A stretch of DNA of 62,579 bases, counting the filler, from Catajapyx aquilonaris (taxonomy: Eukaryota): the NCBI GenBank assembly GCA_000934665.2. It is 4 parts of 4 records of this genome, joined end to end, with 100 filler letters (N's around TTAATTAATTAA, not from the genome) between each part and the next. Parts side by side here need not be neighbours in the genome. Positions count along the whole stretch, not along the records: positions 47,019 to 62,579 come from KZ539690.1; 3 more parts are not named here. One strand, written 5' to 3'. A program made the translations under genes and the position numbers. Numbering within the stretch: position 1 is the stretch's first letter; the number at the start of each line of letters is the position of its first letter. This document shows, one piece after another, positions 61,994 through 62,579 of the stretch. The notes under the pieces were generated by a model. That model searched no databases, was not told the origin of the DNA, and worked only from the letters and a program-made list of their open reading frames with translations.

Positions 61994-62579
61994 GTCTAGG
62001 CCAGTGGCGGCCAAACCTATGTCAAGGTGCAGCGGTCGCTGCACCTCCCGAGGGGGTGGGGTCCCGGGCGGGGCGGGTGAGAAGGAGAGAGAAGAAGAAG
62101 AAGGAGAGGAAGAGAGGAAGAGAGGAAGAGAGGAAGAGAGAAGAGAGGAAAAGAGAGAAGAAGACTATTAATAGTGGAGAGTAGACTCAGTACTGTCAGT
62201 AGAGTAGACTGACGGCACCTGTGGCCGCTTGCCTTTATCACCTTGTGAATTCAGGAATAGAGGCTGGCCTCTATATTGTTCAGTGGGGAAGTTTTGGAAA
62301 ATATTTCTTCTGAAAGTGTTTGGTAGCACCAAGACTCTCACAGTCAAAGGTTCGACTGGCTGCAGAGGAAATGCTGTCCAGATATTCAGATGTTCGGAGT
62401 CTGGTGGCTCACAGAATGACCGCCTGACACTGTCCGTAATTTATTATACACCACCCTAGCGTTGGGGGTGCATAGGTTGCTTGGTTTTGGGGAAAAAGAG
62501 AAAAGAAACTGGGACGAAAAAATCAGTCCTCATCTTGGGCCCTATGTACCTAGTATATTCTGCCAAGTTACTCTTTAGT

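Overview
Eukaryotic, repeat-rich animal DNA, most consistent with an insect or other hexapod (ZAD zinc-finger gene, Lm1-like tRNA SINEs). The window is not one locus. It consists of four ~15.6 kb scaffolds (1-15561, 15662-31267, 31368-46918, 47019-62579) joined by artificial 100-nt linkers (N44-TTAATTAATTAA-N44). Block 1 has no recognisable host gene and is a dense mosaic of decayed transposon coding fragments, almost all on the + strand: P element, hAT, Penelope-like, EnSpm, Academ, Harbinger Myb/SANT, LINE, DUF7869-like, and an SGNH esterase. Its most interesting part is a Penelope-like retroelement with a three-ORF 5' architecture. This includes a small upstream ORF that has a diverged homolog 4 kb away, and a C_CCA_AAC candidate -1 frameshift site. 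Block 2 holds five internal exons of a G2E3/PHF7-family gene and a five-layer nested foldback transposon stack. Block 3 holds the 5' part of exostosin-2 (EXT2). Block 4 holds a ZAD-C2H2 zinc-finger exon and an unprocessed MBD4 pseudogene fragment. Introns are full of MITEs with readable target-site duplications (TSDs) and of SINEs. All family calls come from motif recognition by eye, not from database searches.
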